From the NCBI GenBank assembly GCA_040755995.1, contig JBFMAF010000008.1:160001-224000 (forward strand): a stretch of 64,000 nt of DNA, read 5' to 3'. Within the stretch, counting starts at the first letter, position 1. Each line of letters begins with the position of its first letter. The stretch is from Acidobacteriota bacterium. GTDB taxonomy: Bacteria; Acidobacteriota; CAIWXX01. The notes beneath the pieces are model-generated. The model saw only the letters and a program-made list of their open reading frames with translations. It ran no database searches and was not told where the DNA came from. Both the position numbers and the translations under genes were made by a program. This document shows, one piece after another, positions 19,535 through 29,709 of this stretch.

Positions 19535-19711
19535 ATCATGGGAGTGATCGTCTCGATTGCCGACTACCGCAGCCTTCTCCTTCTCGGTTTCCTCTGCCAC
19601 ACCCGTGGCAGCGGCGAGAATCATACAAATAGCGACCGCACACGCCTTCTTGCGCGCCACCTTGCGCTTCTCCTTTCTTTGACCCATCGGTACGCACAAT
19701 CCAATACAAGC

Positions 19712-21280
19712 TCAAGGGGCCTGCCGTTGATCTCGGCCCGGATGTAAGGGTAGCCATGCCTCAGTGAGTTGCACCTTGCGTTCCGTGCTGGGTCCGGACG
19801 AGTTCCACAGGTAGTCGGCCATGATCACCCTTCCCGAGTTGTGAAACCAGATCTGATCAGACAGAGTCGCATCGCGAAGGATATCTATCATGTAGCGATG
19901 CCCCTCGCTCGACAAGATGACGGCGCGTCGCCATGTCTCCCGTTCAAGAGGTTTCCCCTGCACGGGAGCAATCAGAGATCGCATGTCGCCTCGGACGTGC
20001 GTGAACAGGCAGAGAACCAACCCACCATGCTCACCACCGCCGAAGTCCTTGATGAGACGGACGCTCATCTTGTCATCAACATAGTCCTTGACAGCGAGCT
20101 CCTTGTCCAGTTCTGGCATGCGGTCGACACCATCGAGAACGTTCCACATGGTCTTGTCACCCTGGGCAAGAAAGAAGGCCTCAGTCGAGAGGCCTCTGTG
20201 CCCGTGCCCCGCAGTCGCAAGAACACAATTCCCCGCATCAAGCACCGCGAAATCTGTGACTCCGGTTGCCATCAGCTGGGGCGCCTTTCCCTGGCTGAGT
20301 TCCATGAGCCATAATGCACCCGGCTCTCCTCCTGTCGCACCTTCACCTCGAAGTCGGAAACCAAGAAACCCGTTGGTCGCCTTTGCAGTGGACAGGTAGT
20401 GAGCTCCATCCAGTCCAAGGTCGAACCGGTAAACGGAGCCGTCGATTACTACGCCTGCAAAGTGGTCTCGATCGCCTGTTTCCGTACGCTGCTGATAGAG
20501 TGGCTTGATGGTCTGCGTGTCTGTCCAGTCGAAAGGGACGGCGCCTGTGTTCCGGCGATCAGGAGTCTCTGGCGTCAGTTCCCCTGTTCGCAGGTCGACC
20601 GCCTGCAGAGGACGTCTCACGAAATCCCTTTCCTGCGGCTTTTCGAACACCGCGACTTTCTGGTCCGGTGAGAAGTACTCAAGATCCCACCCGATAGGTA
20701 AAGCAACAACTTCGCCTGATTTCAGGTTCATCCAGAAATAGACTGGACGGTTTCCATCCCGCGGCCACGTTCCGCGATCCCCCCCGGCAACCATCACCAG
20801 CGCTGCATCTGCATGACGGATGATAACGTGTGACTGAATGCCGGGAGCAGAATCCCCGGGTATCTTCAGACCTGGAATATCGAACCGCGATAGCGTGCCG
20901 CTGTACGCGTCGATGGCGAACGGTGCCGCGTCGCTTGATTGCATGAACAGCCAGAGTCTGGTCCCCGAGCCTGCAGCTGCAACAATCTGCGCCTTCCTTG
21001 CAGCTTGTGCCGTTGCAAGTCTGCCCGGACTGGAAGAGACGGTCAACAACACAGAGAACAGTTCCTCTCCGCGCCGGAGAACGACGATTTCTTCGTCTTC
21101 ACAGACGAACACGTCATCCCACACTCCCCAATCCCTGATCTCTGTGGCTTGGCAGTCACGCAAAGCCGGCGCCCTTGTCAATGTTGTGGGCGGCGACTCA
21201 GCAGTTGCCGGCGAGGCCGACGCCAGAAGAAGCACAGGCAGTACTCTGAGATTCATTCTCACCCCCGAAAAAGACGCCAC
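19712..21280 (-). CDS. Exported hypothetical protein, beta-rich (possible propeller)
   Basis: 522-aa ORF; signal-like LRVLPVLLLASASPATA; start may be ATG 21256. Confidence 0.7.
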   Translation of the reverse strand: MASFSGVRMNLRVLPVLLLASASPATAESPPTTLTRAPALRDCQATEIRDWGVWDDVFVCEDEEIVVLRRGEELFSVLLTVSSSPGRLATAQAARKAQIVAAAGSGTRLWLFMQSSDAAPFAIDAYSGTLSRFDIPGLKIPGDSAPGIQSHVIIRHADAALVMVAGGDRGTWPRDGNRPVYFWMNLKSGEVVALPIGWDLEYFSPDQKVAVFEKPQERDFVRRPLQAVDLRTGELTPETPDRRNTGAVPFDWTDTQTIKPLYQQRTETGDRDHFAGVVIDGSVYRFDLGLDGAHYLSTAKATNGFLGFRLRGEGATGGEPGALWLMELSQGKAPQLMATGVTDFAVLDAGNCVLATAGHGHRGLSTEAFFLAQGDKTMWNVLDGVDRMPELDKELAVKDYVDDKMSVRLIKDFGGGEHGGLVLCLFTHVRGDMRSLIAPVQGKPLERETWRRAVILSSEGHRYMIDILRDATLSDQIWFHNSGRVIMADYLWNSSGPSTERKVQLTEAWLPLHPGRDQRQAP

Positions 21281-21700
21281 TCAGGATGCGAAGGGGATCG
21301 AGAGCACATAGACCAATACGTAGAAGAGACTCACGATACCGAGATGCATCCAAAGAGGGATGACACGAGAAACGACAACGACGCCACGGCGTGCGGCGAT
21401 CACCGTGGCAAGGACGATACCCGTTACGACCGGAAAGACGGTCAGCAACAGGATGTCTCGTCTCTCGATGGGGCTCGCTGCGCCCCAGAGGAGTAGCAAC
21501 GTCCAGCCTGCCATCAGCGATGCCCCAACGCCCATGGCGTAGCGATACTCACTGCTATCGCGGGACGGGTCGCCACCAAATAGTGCAACACCAACTCGCC
21601 GGGAGAGCATCGGGATGATAGCGAGGCCGTCGGTGACGGCGCCGACTAAGAATGCGACCCGTGCCAGAAGCGTCACGGTCTCGGCGGAAACGTCCGGCAT
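21281..21700 (-). CDS. Small 4-TM hypothetical membrane protein
   Basis: Four hydrophobic segments; GASLMAGWTLLLLW..PIERR; SD-like AGGAG upstream. Confidence 0.8.
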   Translation of the reverse strand: MPDVSAETVTLLARVAFLVGAVTDGLAIIPMLSRRVGVALFGGDPSRDSSEYRYAMGVGASLMAGWTLLLLWGAASPIERRDILLLTVFPVVTGIVLATVIAARRGVVVVSRVIPLWMHLGIVSLFYVLVYVLSIPFAS

Positions 21701-21902
21701 AATAGTCTCCTGTGTTGTCCAGCGCCCACGCTGCGGCCGCCCGACCGACGCGAGCGGTTCCTGTGCCAGGTCCGCAGCATAGATTATCAGAGCTCGCCGT
21801 TATCTCAATGGTCTGAGCTGCCGTCAAAGAACCGGGAGTGGAGCAGGCGTGGCTGCCTGAGCAGCACTCGCAGAGCGACCGAATGCCGAAGTCCCGCCGA
21901 AT

Positions 21903-21971
21903 CGTCGCTCCTGCGTTTCCGTAGCGTCCCTCCCGTCACGCCATCGTCCCGGTGAGCACCGCGGTAGTCCC
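21903..21971 (+). promoter_or_regulatory. Phased CGTCCC-like direct repeats, candidate LytTR boxes
   Basis: Copies at 21903, 21925, 21945 and 21966 (spacing 22/20/21) upstream of the esterase-GT-LytS-LytTR genes. Confidence 0.4.
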
Positions 21972-22066
21972 GCTGGGCTGGTCCTTACGGGTTTCTCGCT
22001 CGTATATCTGTTTGAATGGGGATGATGAGACCACGAAGCGACACAGTGCTCACACGGGAGGCAATC

Positions 22067-23296
22067 ATGATCCGAAAGCCATGCTGCTACCTGCCGGCCC
22101 TGTTTGTTCTGCTGACGGGGGCGTGCAGCGCCACCGCAAACCGCGACCGCACCCAGCCGGTGTCGATACCGGCGCCTTCACTCCGCGGGAGCCTCTTCGA
22201 GAATGATCTCGAGCAACCGGCGGTTGTCTGCCCGCCGCCTTCCTACGAGTCGACAACCGGTGCGTTCCCCGTCATCTACTATCTGCCGGGATTCACAACC
22301 GATGTGACCGAGTACATCGACCGGTCGATCGACGGACTGCACATGGGCGAGAGCATGGACCGGCTGATCGCGACGGGAGCGGCGCGCGAAGCGATCATCG
22401 TGATCGTCAACGGCCGGAACTTCCTCGGCGGCAGCTTCTACGTCAATTCCCCGGTCACTGGGAATTGGGAGGACTTCGTCGTGAAGGACGTGGTTAGCTA
22501 CGTCGATAGGACATACAGGACAATACGCGCGCCGTCCGCGCGCGGAATCGCTGGCGACTCCATGGGCGGCTTCGGCGCAGTGCATACCGCCATGCGCCAT
22601 CCCGAGGTTTTCGGGGCAGTCTATGCGATCAGTCCCGCACTGGCAGCGCCGGGCGGCCTTTCGAAATCGCCCATGCTCGCGCCGGACAAGGTCGAGGCTT
22701 ACCTGCTCACGGAGCCGGAGCTGCGGCGTCTTTCGCCGGACGAGGGCGAGCGTGAGCTCAGGGAGCTGATGGACGAGCTCTACGCGTCCCATTATCGATT
22801 CCACTACTACCGCGCGATGGTCTACGCGTACGGCGCGGCCTTCGCATTCGACGTCCACGCGCCGCCGGCTTACATCGATTTCCCGTTCGAAAGGACTGTG
22901 GCCGGCATCGTCGAGACACAGGAGAGCCTGCGCCGATTCGAGGTGGGATTCGGCGACCTCGATGAGAAGGTGCGCGCCAACGAAGCGAACCTGAGGCGCC
23001 TCCGCGGCATCGCCCTGGACTGGGGGAAGAACGACCGGCACCGATGGATCGTGGAGGGCTGCGAGCACTTCGCGGCTTTGTTGCGTGCGGCGGGTATAGC
23101 AGTCGAGGTCAGGATTCACGATGGAGGCCACACGGACAGGCTGAGGGAAAGCATCGAGTCACACGCACTCCCCTTCCTCTCCGAGCACCTTGCCTCGTCC
23201 TCCTCCGGCCTCACTCCCACATCCGCGCACGGGCGGATGGTGCCGGCTGCCGACGTGAGCCTCCGGGAACCGCAGAGAAAGGACGAAAGATCATGA
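22067..23296 (+). CDS. Putative esterase (alpha/beta hydrolase), lipoprotein-like
   Basis: GDSMGG nucleophile motif, FYVNSPVTGNWEDF, GGH; lipobox-like LTGAC; GGAGG before ATG 22067. Confidence 0.88.
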   Translation: MIRKPCCYLPALFVLLTGACSATANRDRTQPVSIPAPSLRGSLFENDLEQPAVVCPPPSYESTTGAFPVIYYLPGFTTDVTEYIDRSIDGLHMGESMDRLIATGAAREAIIVIVNGRNFLGGSFYVNSPVTGNWEDFVVKDVVSYVDRTYRTIRAPSARGIAGDSMGGFGAVHTAMRHPEVFGAVYAISPALAAPGGLSKSPMLAPDKVEAYLLTEPELRRLSPDEGERELRELMDELYASHYRFHYYRAMVYAYGAAFAFDVHAPPAYIDFPFERTVAGIVETQESLRRFEVGFGDLDEKVRANEANLRRLRGIALDWGKNDRHRWIVEGCEHFAALLRAAGIAVEVRIHDGGHTDRLRESIESHALPFLSEHLASSSSGLTPTSAHGRMVPAADVSLREPQRKDERS

Positions 23297-24870
23297 CAGA
23301 ATCGACCGGCATACACGCGCAAACCACCGAGGCCCGTCTGGCGTGGGCTGTGCTCCTGATGATTGCAGGGGGCAAGCTGGCTCTGCATCTCGCCACCAAC
23401 CACAACTACGGCTACTTCATTGACGAGTTCTACTATCTGGCCTGCGCCAGGCATCTTGATTTCGGATACGTGGATCACCCGCCGCTCATCGCGCTCACCG
23501 CCTGGTTGGCTACTGCGCTCTTCGGAGAGTCCGCGCGCGCGCTGCGTCTGCTTCCGGCTCTCTTCGGAGCGATGACGGTGTTCCTGTCGGGTGTCGTCGC
23601 ATGGCGAATGGGCGGCGGCCGCTTCGCACAGGCTCTCGCCGCCCTCGCAGTCACGGTCAGCCCACTCCTGCTGTTCATGAACACGATCCTCTCCATGAAC
23701 GCTCTGGACGTCCTCATCTGGACGCTTGCTGCATTCATCCTCGTTCTACTCCTGAACGGGGGAACACAACGGCTCACGCCAACGCACCTGTGGCTATTGC
23801 TCGGCGTCGTGACGGGGATCGGGCTGCAGAACAAGATATCGGTGCTCTTCCTTGGTTTCGGCCTCGGCGCGGGTTTTGTTCTGACGGCGCATCGCCGCAT
23901 GCTGCTGACTCGCGGCCCCTGGCTGGCGGCCGCTGTTGCGGGGGTCATCTTCCTTCCGCACGTTCTGTGGCAGATCGGCCATGGGTGGCCCACGCTCGAG
24001 TTCATGCACAATGCAACCACACTCAAGAACAGGCCGTTGTCGCCCATCGAGTTCGTCGCCGGGCAGGCTCTGGAGGCTCATCCGCTGAACCTCGTACTGC
24101 TTCTGCTCTGCCTGTGGTGGTTCATGTTCTCGCGCCAGGGCCGCAGCTACCGGATCTTCGGCTGGGCGTACATCGCCATCTTCGCAGTCTTTCTGGTCAG
24201 TGGAGGGAAACCCTACTATATGGGCCCGATCTATCCGCTGATGTTTGCCGGAGGAGCATGCGGAACAGCCGGGCTGCTGGCTCGTGTTCGACATTCATGG
24301 CCGCACGTCGCTGTCATCTTCGCGATGATCGCCGGCGGTGCCGTATTCGCGCCCATGACGCTGCCCGTGCTGCCGGTGGAGAAGTTCATCGCATACCAGC
24401 AGTTCCTTCTTGGAGGTACCCTTGCGTCTTCGGAGAGGAAGGAGGTCGGTCTTCTTCCCCAGCACTTCGCGGATATGCTTGGACACGAGGAGCGGGTGGC
24501 GTTGATCGCCCAGGTCTTCCAGGGGCTGCCGCCTCAGGACCGTGCCCGATGCGGGATCTTCTGCGGCGAGTACTGCTACGCCGGGGCAGTGGATCTCTTC
24601 GGCGGGCGCTTCGGCTTGCCGAGTGCGATCTCGGGTCAGAACAGCTACTGGCTCTGGGGCCCCGGGTCCTGCGATGGAGAGGTTCTCATTGTGATTGGAG
24701 AAGGGATCGACGGAGATGACCTGCGCGAAACGTTCCGCGAGGTTCACGTCGCGCGCATCTTCCGGCATCCCTATCTCATGCCCTGCCGCAATAACTTGCC
24801 GATCTTCGTCTGCCGCGGCATCAAACGACCGCTGGCTGATGTGTGGCAGGAGACGAAGAAGTACGAATAG
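23293..24870 (+). CDS. ArnT/PMT_2-like GT-C glycosyltransferase (GT39/GT83)
   Basis: DEFYYLACARHLDFGYVDHPPL, GLQNK, KPYY; many TMs; ATGA overlap with esterase. Confidence 0.9.
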   Translation: MTESTGIHAQTTEARLAWAVLLMIAGGKLALHLATNHNYGYFIDEFYYLACARHLDFGYVDHPPLIALTAWLATALFGESARALRLLPALFGAMTVFLSGVVAWRMGGGRFAQALAALAVTVSPLLLFMNTILSMNALDVLIWTLAAFILVLLLNGGTQRLTPTHLWLLLGVVTGIGLQNKISVLFLGFGLGAGFVLTAHRRMLLTRGPWLAAAVAGVIFLPHVLWQIGHGWPTLEFMHNATTLKNRPLSPIEFVAGQALEAHPLNLVLLLLCLWWFMFSRQGRSYRIFGWAYIAIFAVFLVSGGKPYYMGPIYPLMFAGGACGTAGLLARVRHSWPHVAVIFAMIAGGAVFAPMTLPVLPVEKFIAYQQFLLGGTLASSERKEVGLLPQHFADMLGHEERVALIAQVFQGLPPQDRARCGIFCGEYCYAGAVDLFGGRFGLPSAISGQNSYWLWGPGSCDGEVLIVIGEGIDGDDLRETFREVHVARIFRHPYLMPCRNNLPIFVCRGIKRPLADVWQETKKYE

Positions 24871-24896
24871 GTAGGGGCGGGCCCCCGTGCCCGCCC
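24871..24896 (+). repeat. GTAG-type REP-like palindrome
   Basis: GTAG-GGGCGGGC-CCCCGT-GCCCGCCC directly after a stop codon. Confidence 0.6.
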
Positions 24897-24963
24897 AACG
24901 AAACATGGCCTGATCGCCGTGCCGCAGCGCCGAATCGCGAAACATAGGGGTTATACTATGAGC

Positions 24964-26127
24964 ATGCAAGTGCGGACCGATTCGATGCCGCTGGAGGCAT
25001 CTGCGCAGGCGAAGCCTCACGCGGTCGCCACACGCTCCCGGCTGGCTCTCCTGTGGGTCGCGGCCACCCTGTCTTGGGGAATGCTGCTGTTCACGTACAG
25101 GCACCTGGAGGACCTGGCCACGGGCCGCTCCGACCCGGCTATCCGGCCGTTCATCAATGAGATGACCGGGGCCTTCGCCGGTTGGACGCTATTCTTCGGA
25201 GTGCTATGGGTCAGCCGCAGGTATCCGCTGACTCGGGACAGGTGGCTGGGCCGCTTGCCGATCTATGCGCTGGCACTGATCATCTTCGCCGCCGGCTGCA
25301 CCAGCGTGATGTGGGCGCTGCGGGAGCTTCTCTACCCCCTGGCCGGGCAGGGCAACTACGACTACGGGCGCATGCCGTTGCGATACTTCATGGAGCTCCC
25401 CATGCAGGTCATCGGATTCGTCATGATGGTGGCGGGGATCCATTCGGTGAGGATGTACACGGAGGCGCGCGAGCGCGAGGTGCGCGCTGCGAAGCTCGAG
25501 AGCGCCCTCGCCAGGACACAGCTCCGAAATCTCCGCCTGCAGCTTCAGCCGCACTTCCTCTTCAACGCGCTCAACACCATTTCCTCCACCATGTACGACG
25601 ATCCTGCCGCGGCCGACGAGATGCTGGACCAGCTCGCCGAGCTCCTGCGCGCCTCGCTGCGCACGACGCAGACCGACGAGGTGCCGCTGCGCGTCGAGAT
25701 GGAGCTGTTGGACAGATACCTGAACATCATGCGAGCAAGATTCGGAGATCGGCTGCGAGTGGATGCGCGCGTCGAGCCCGGCACGGGCGAGGTACTGGTT
25801 CCTTCGATGATCATGCAGCCCCTGGTAGAGAACGCTATTCGTCACGGCAATGCAACGCTGGCCGGCAGCGGCGAAGTTGACATTCGTGTCACGCGCGAGG
25901 GCGGAAGGATCGTCATCGAGGTCGAGGATGACGGCCCCGGCCCCAGGCACGGCGCAGATGCGCCATTGTCGAACGAAGGGGGAGGTATTGGACTGACGGC
26001 GACCGCCGAGCGGCTCCAGCTGCTCTACGGCGCCGAGCAGTCGTTCGAGACCGGGGTTGGAGCCCAGGGAGGCTTCCTCGTGCGAGTATCTCTTCCCGGC
26101 CGAACCGCGGGGTCGGTGGTTGCGTGA
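24964..26127 (+). CDS. LytS/YehU-type sensor histidine kinase
   Basis: QLQPHFLFNALNTI, QPLVENAIRHG, DDGPG, GIGL; N-terminal TMs; start uncertain (24958 or 24964). Confidence 0.93.
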   Translation: MQVRTDSMPLEASAQAKPHAVATRSRLALLWVAATLSWGMLLFTYRHLEDLATGRSDPAIRPFINEMTGAFAGWTLFFGVLWVSRRYPLTRDRWLGRLPIYALALIIFAAGCTSVMWALRELLYPLAGQGNYDYGRMPLRYFMELPMQVIGFVMMVAGIHSVRMYTEAREREVRAAKLESALARTQLRNLRLQLQPHFLFNALNTISSTMYDDPAAADEMLDQLAELLRASLRTTQTDEVPLRVEMELLDRYLNIMRARFGDRLRVDARVEPGTGEVLVPSMIMQPLVENAIRHGNATLAGSGEVDIRVTREGGRIVIEVEDDGPGPRHGADAPLSNEGGGIGLTATAERLQLLYGAEQSFETGVGAQGGFLVRVSLPGRTAGSVVA

Positions 26128-26882
26128 TCCGCACACTGATCGCCGACGATGAGGCTCCTGCACGGCGCAAGATCCGAAGCCTGCTGGCGAAGGAGCCCGA
26201 TTTCGAGGTGGTGGGAGAGGCGGAGGACGGTGTCGCGGCGGTGGGCTTGATAAGGAGCACCGCGATCGACCTCGTCCTGCTGGATATCCAGATGCCGGGC
26301 CTCGACGGGTTCGACGTCATCGAGGAGGTCGGCGTCGAATCGATGCCGCTGGTGGTGTTCATCACGGCCTACGACGAGCATGCATTGCGCGCTTTCGAGG
26401 TGCATGCGATGGACTACATCACCAAGCCGTTTTCACCGTCCCGTTTCAAGGGCACACTGGACCGCATACGTGGCCTCCTGGGACGTGGGAACCGGAGCGA
26501 CCTTGTCGAGCGGATCGAGCGGCTCATGGCGGCGATGCGTCCCGCCCCACGCCACATAGGGCGCATCCTTGTAGAGCGCGGCCCTGAGCGCGAGGTGCTT
26601 CTGCTTGCGGATCACGTCGACCTGATCCGGGCTGATAAGAACCATGTTCGCTTCTTCACTCGAGACGGAGAGTACCTGCGGCGCTGCGGTCTGGCGGACA
26701 TTGCCAATCGCCTCGACCCCGACCGATTCCTCCAGATCAACCGTTCCGAGATCGTCCGGCTGGATGCGGTCAAGGAGTTCCAACCGTGGTTCCACGGCGA
26801 CTATCGCGTCGTCATGAAGGACGGCACGATCTTGAGCTGGAGCCGCCGGTTCCGAGCGCGCAGCAAGGAGCTCTTCGACTAG
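26124..26882 (+). CDS. LytTR-family response regulator
   Basis: ADDE, LLDIQMP, FITAYDEHAL, KPF; LytTR motif FLQINRSEIV. Confidence 0.95.
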   Translation: MIRTLIADDEAPARRKIRSLLAKEPDFEVVGEAEDGVAAVGLIRSTAIDLVLLDIQMPGLDGFDVIEEVGVESMPLVVFITAYDEHALRAFEVHAMDYITKPFSPSRFKGTLDRIRGLLGRGNRSDLVERIERLMAAMRPAPRHIGRILVERGPEREVLLLADHVDLIRADKNHVRFFTRDGEYLRRCGLADIANRLDPDRFLQINRSEIVRLDAVKEFQPWFHGDYRVVMKDGTILSWSRRFRARSKELFD

Positions 26883-27065
26883 CGAGACGAGTCGCGCAGC
26901 CGTCAGACGGGAGACGGCAGGCGGGCCTTCAGGGAGCTTTGCCTTCGGCCGGCTCGACGCGATATTGTACGCATTCTGCCGCACTGGATGGCGAAGAAGA
27001 AAGGAACCAAAACGAGGACCGCACACGCTCGTACTCACCGGGCCTGTCTGTTCGAGGAGACCAGA

Positions 27066-27941
27066 ATGAAGAAAGTAGCTCTACTCATCCTCATCGGGCT
27101 CTCGCTGGCCACGCCGCTCGCGGCGGCCGATTCGCCGAAAGGAACGCTGTTCATCATCGGAGGAGGCGACTATCCGGACGCAATGATGAAGAGATTCATC
27201 GACCTGGCCGAACGCTTCCAGAGCGGCAGGATCGTGGTCTTTCCCATGGCCAGCGACGAACCCGCCGAATCGGGTCAGCGCAAGGTCGATGAGATGAAGA
27301 AGCTGGGTGCGAAGAACGTAGAATACCACATCCTGACGCACGCTCAGGCGATGGCCGGTGGAAGCGACGCGATTCTGGACAACGTAGGAGGTGTGTTTTT
27401 CGGAGGAGGAGACCAGGCACTGCTCACTGCCGCCCTGCTCGACACGCCGATTCACAAGAAGCTGCTTGAGCTGTATCGGCAGGGCGCCGTCATAGGCGGG
27501 ACGAGCGCCGGCGCCGCCGTGATGAGTGAAATCATGATCACGGGCGACGAGCGGAAGCACCCCGGAGGCGAGGAAGAAGAGGCCGAGAAGTTCACTACGA
27601 TCGAAGCAGGGAATATCATCACTGCGCAGGGCTTCGGCTTCATCACATCGGCCATCATCGACCAGCACCACGTGGCCCGCAAGCGTCTCAATCGCCTCAT
27701 ATGTGTTGTGGCCGAGCAGCGGAAGCTGCTCGGAGTCGGCATCGACGAGGCCACGGCCATCGTCGTCGCTCCGGATGACACATTCGATGTCGTGGGTGAA
27801 TCCTGCGTCCTGGTGTTCGACCCCTCGCGAGCTCGAGTCGAGATACCGGACGACAAGAGGATCAGAGTCGAGGACCTGACCCTCCACATCCTTACACACG
27901 GGGCGCGCTACAGCCTGAAGGACCGAAAGGTTGTGCACTGA
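27066..27941 (+). CDS. cphB: Exported cyanophycinase (peptidase S51)
   Basis: LFIIGGG, GGGDQ, GGTSAGAA, IDQH, GIDE; signal peptide MKKVALLILIGLSLA. Confidence 0.88.
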   Translation: MKKVALLILIGLSLATPLAAADSPKGTLFIIGGGDYPDAMMKRFIDLAERFQSGRIVVFPMASDEPAESGQRKVDEMKKLGAKNVEYHILTHAQAMAGGSDAILDNVGGVFFGGGDQALLTAALLDTPIHKKLLELYRQGAVIGGTSAGAAVMSEIMITGDERKHPGGEEEEAEKFTTIEAGNIITAQGFGFITSAIIDQHHVARKRLNRLICVVAEQRKLLGVGIDEATAIVVAPDDTFDVVGESCVLVFDPSRARVEIPDDKRIRVEDLTLHILTHGARYSLKDRKVVH

Positions 27942-28004
27942 GGGCCCGCCGAAGGCCGGGCTCGGCCAGTCGCAGAGCGAAACAGGGTACCCCCTTCCGA
28001 GCGA

Positions 28005-28523
28005 CTAGGCGCGTGCGGACATGTCGAGGGAGAAGACCCACATCGGACCGTACTCGGGATCCTCGAACTTGCGCAGACGACGGAACCCGGCCTTCTCGAA
28101 CGCGCTGATCGCCATGGTGTTTTCAACGGATGTCGCCATCATGACCATAGGGATGCTTCTGTCCACGGCCAGATTCTCCACAACCAGCGTGAGGGCGCGC
28201 GAGGCAATACCGCAGCCGACATACTCCACCTCGCCGATTGCGATATCGATGTCAACAGTGCCAGCAGGGATCTCATGCAAGCCGGCTGCCTCCAACTCGT
28301 CCCGTGGCGCTCTCTGCCACCGTATATAACCGACCGGAACTGCGTCGGCCACGATCAGTGCGTCTCCTCCCCCTGCGGGCCGCTCGAGTACGGCCGGGAG
28401 CTGCGTCTCGGGATCGCCCCACCATCTTGCGACATGCGGCGCGCGCACCCAGGCAGCAAGATGAACGACGTCTCTCTCCGGATCGAATGGTTCGAGCCAA
28501 ACCCTCTCGACTAGCCTTGGCAA
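28005..28523 (-). CDS. GNAT N-acetyltransferase (AAC(6')-like subfamily)
   Basis: PHVARWWG, IDIAIGE..GCGIA, N..AISAFEKAGF. Confidence 0.85.
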   Translation of the reverse strand: MPRLVERVWLEPFDPERDVVHLAAWVRAPHVARWWGDPETQLPAVLERPAGGGDALIVADAVPVGYIRWQRAPRDELEAAGLHEIPAGTVDIDIAIGEVEYVGCGIASRALTLVVENLAVDRSIPMVMMATSVENTMAISAFEKAGFRRLRKFEDPEYGPMWVFSLDMSARA

Positions 28524-28550
28524 GACGCAACTCGCTCAGTAGCCGTGTGA

Positions 28551-28670
28551 CTCAGCGGCGAAGGGGTCGAGAGAATGTAGACCAAGATGTAGAAGAGGCT
28601 CAGGACGCCGAGACGTATCCCAAGTGGGGTCATGTGCGAACCCAGAACGAGGCCACGTCGCCCGGCAGGA
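28551..28670 (-). pseudogene. Degenerate duplicate of the 3' end of the 21281-21700 membrane gene
   Basis: PLGIRLGVLSLFYILVYILSTP versus PLWMHLGIVSLFYVLVYVLSIP; collinear DNA similarity. Confidence 0.7.
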
Positions 28671-28785
28671 ATCATCGACAACAAGAGGTGCCACCAGGCC
28701 GCCGGTTTGTCAAGTGTTGTTTCGGCGGAAAGGGCAGGGCGATCGAGTTCCTGGGTGTCCTGGGGTTCCGGGGTTCCAGCAACAC

Positions 28786-28814
28786 TTGACACGAACGCCC
28801 CTCACCCATATCCT
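28786..28814 (+). promoter_or_regulatory. sigma70 promoter
   Basis: TTGACA, 17 nt, TATCCT upstream of ATG 28854. Confidence 0.75.
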
Positions 28815-28853
28815 CTGATCTGTGCCGTCGGACCGGCCGACCAGGAGTCGCTC

Positions 28854-29252
28854 ATGAACAAGATCGTTGCTCGATGTCAGGACGGACGCCGGATCAAGGG
28901 TGACACCAACGACTTCGTTCCCACGAAGGATCGCTTCCATGTCACGATTACGGACAGCGCACCTAGCGCAAAGCCGCTCGAAGTGCTGATGAGCGATCTC
29001 AAGGCGGTCTTCTTCGTCAAGGATTTTGTAGGCAACCGCGACTACCAGGCGGTCAAGGAGTTCGATGCGACGAAGCCGCCTGTCGGCAGGAAGATACGGG
29101 TGGTCTTCAAGGACGGCGAGGTGATGATCGGTACGACGCAGGGATATCAGCCCGGCCGTCCTGGCTTCTTCCTGGTACCGGCCGACGCGAAATCGAACAA
29201 CGAGCGTTGCTTCATCGTGACCGCAGCCACGAAGGAAATATCATTCGTGTAG
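28854..29252 (+). CDS. DUF6982-like conserved hypothetical protein
   Basis: MNKIVAR..DGR.IKG.TNDF, LKAVFFVKDF, VFKDGE, GFFLVPAD..SNN; SD AGGAG. Confidence 0.75.
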   Translation: MNKIVARCQDGRRIKGDTNDFVPTKDRFHVTITDSAPSAKPLEVLMSDLKAVFFVKDFVGNRDYQAVKEFDATKPPVGRKIRVVFKDGEVMIGTTQGYQPGRPGFFLVPADAKSNNERCFIVTAATKEISFV

Positions 29253-29399
29253 GCGGGGGTCCTTCCCTCGCCTGGCTCTGGCGCCGCGAGGTCTCATCAT
29301 TCGATCACAAGTTGCTATTGCTGAACGATCAACTCAACGGGCGGACCATCAACGTACGAATTGCACTGGGCCGCCGGGCTTTCAGCCCCCTGGAACCCC

Positions 29400-29705
29400 T
29401 CACGCCCGCTTCCCAACTGCGCGCGCGCGGATGCCTCTAGGCTTTGCCGTGAGCTTGCGGAGGTAGGCGTCGATCATCTCGTTCTCGTAGGTGACCTGGT
29501 TCATGAAGAGACTTTCGACAAGGTAGCTCTTCCGAGTCTCTTCGCTCATCTGTTCGACCAGTCCGCGGATTTCGCGCATGAGCTCTTCGAAGGTCAGATG
29601 CAGCTGATGCTTGAGGGTGACTTCGCGGTAGAGCGCTTCGAGGATGCTGAGGACGTCGCCGTCGAGCGTGATCTTGCGGCCCGTGCTCAATCGAACTGTC
29701 TCCAT
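29400..29705 (-). CDS. Hypothetical protein co-transcribed with STAS and ECF sigma
   Basis: Starts 4 nt after the STAS stop; helical protein-like composition. Confidence 0.75.
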   Translation of the reverse strand: METVRLSTGRKITLDGDVLSILEALYREVTLKHQLHLTFEELMREIRGLVEQMSEETRKSYLVESLFMNQVTYENEMIDAYLRKLTAKPRGIRARAVGKRA

Positions 29706-29709
29706 GCCG

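Noticed and set aside
19304..19699. 131-aa minus-strand ORF with a signal-like start
   Set aside because: Appears to be a chimera of a truncated exported-protein N-terminus and the out-of-frame yhcG duplicate.
28005..28523. GNAT as a proven aminoglycoside-resistance gene
   Set aside because: Only subfamily-level resemblance; substrate cannot be assigned from sequence.
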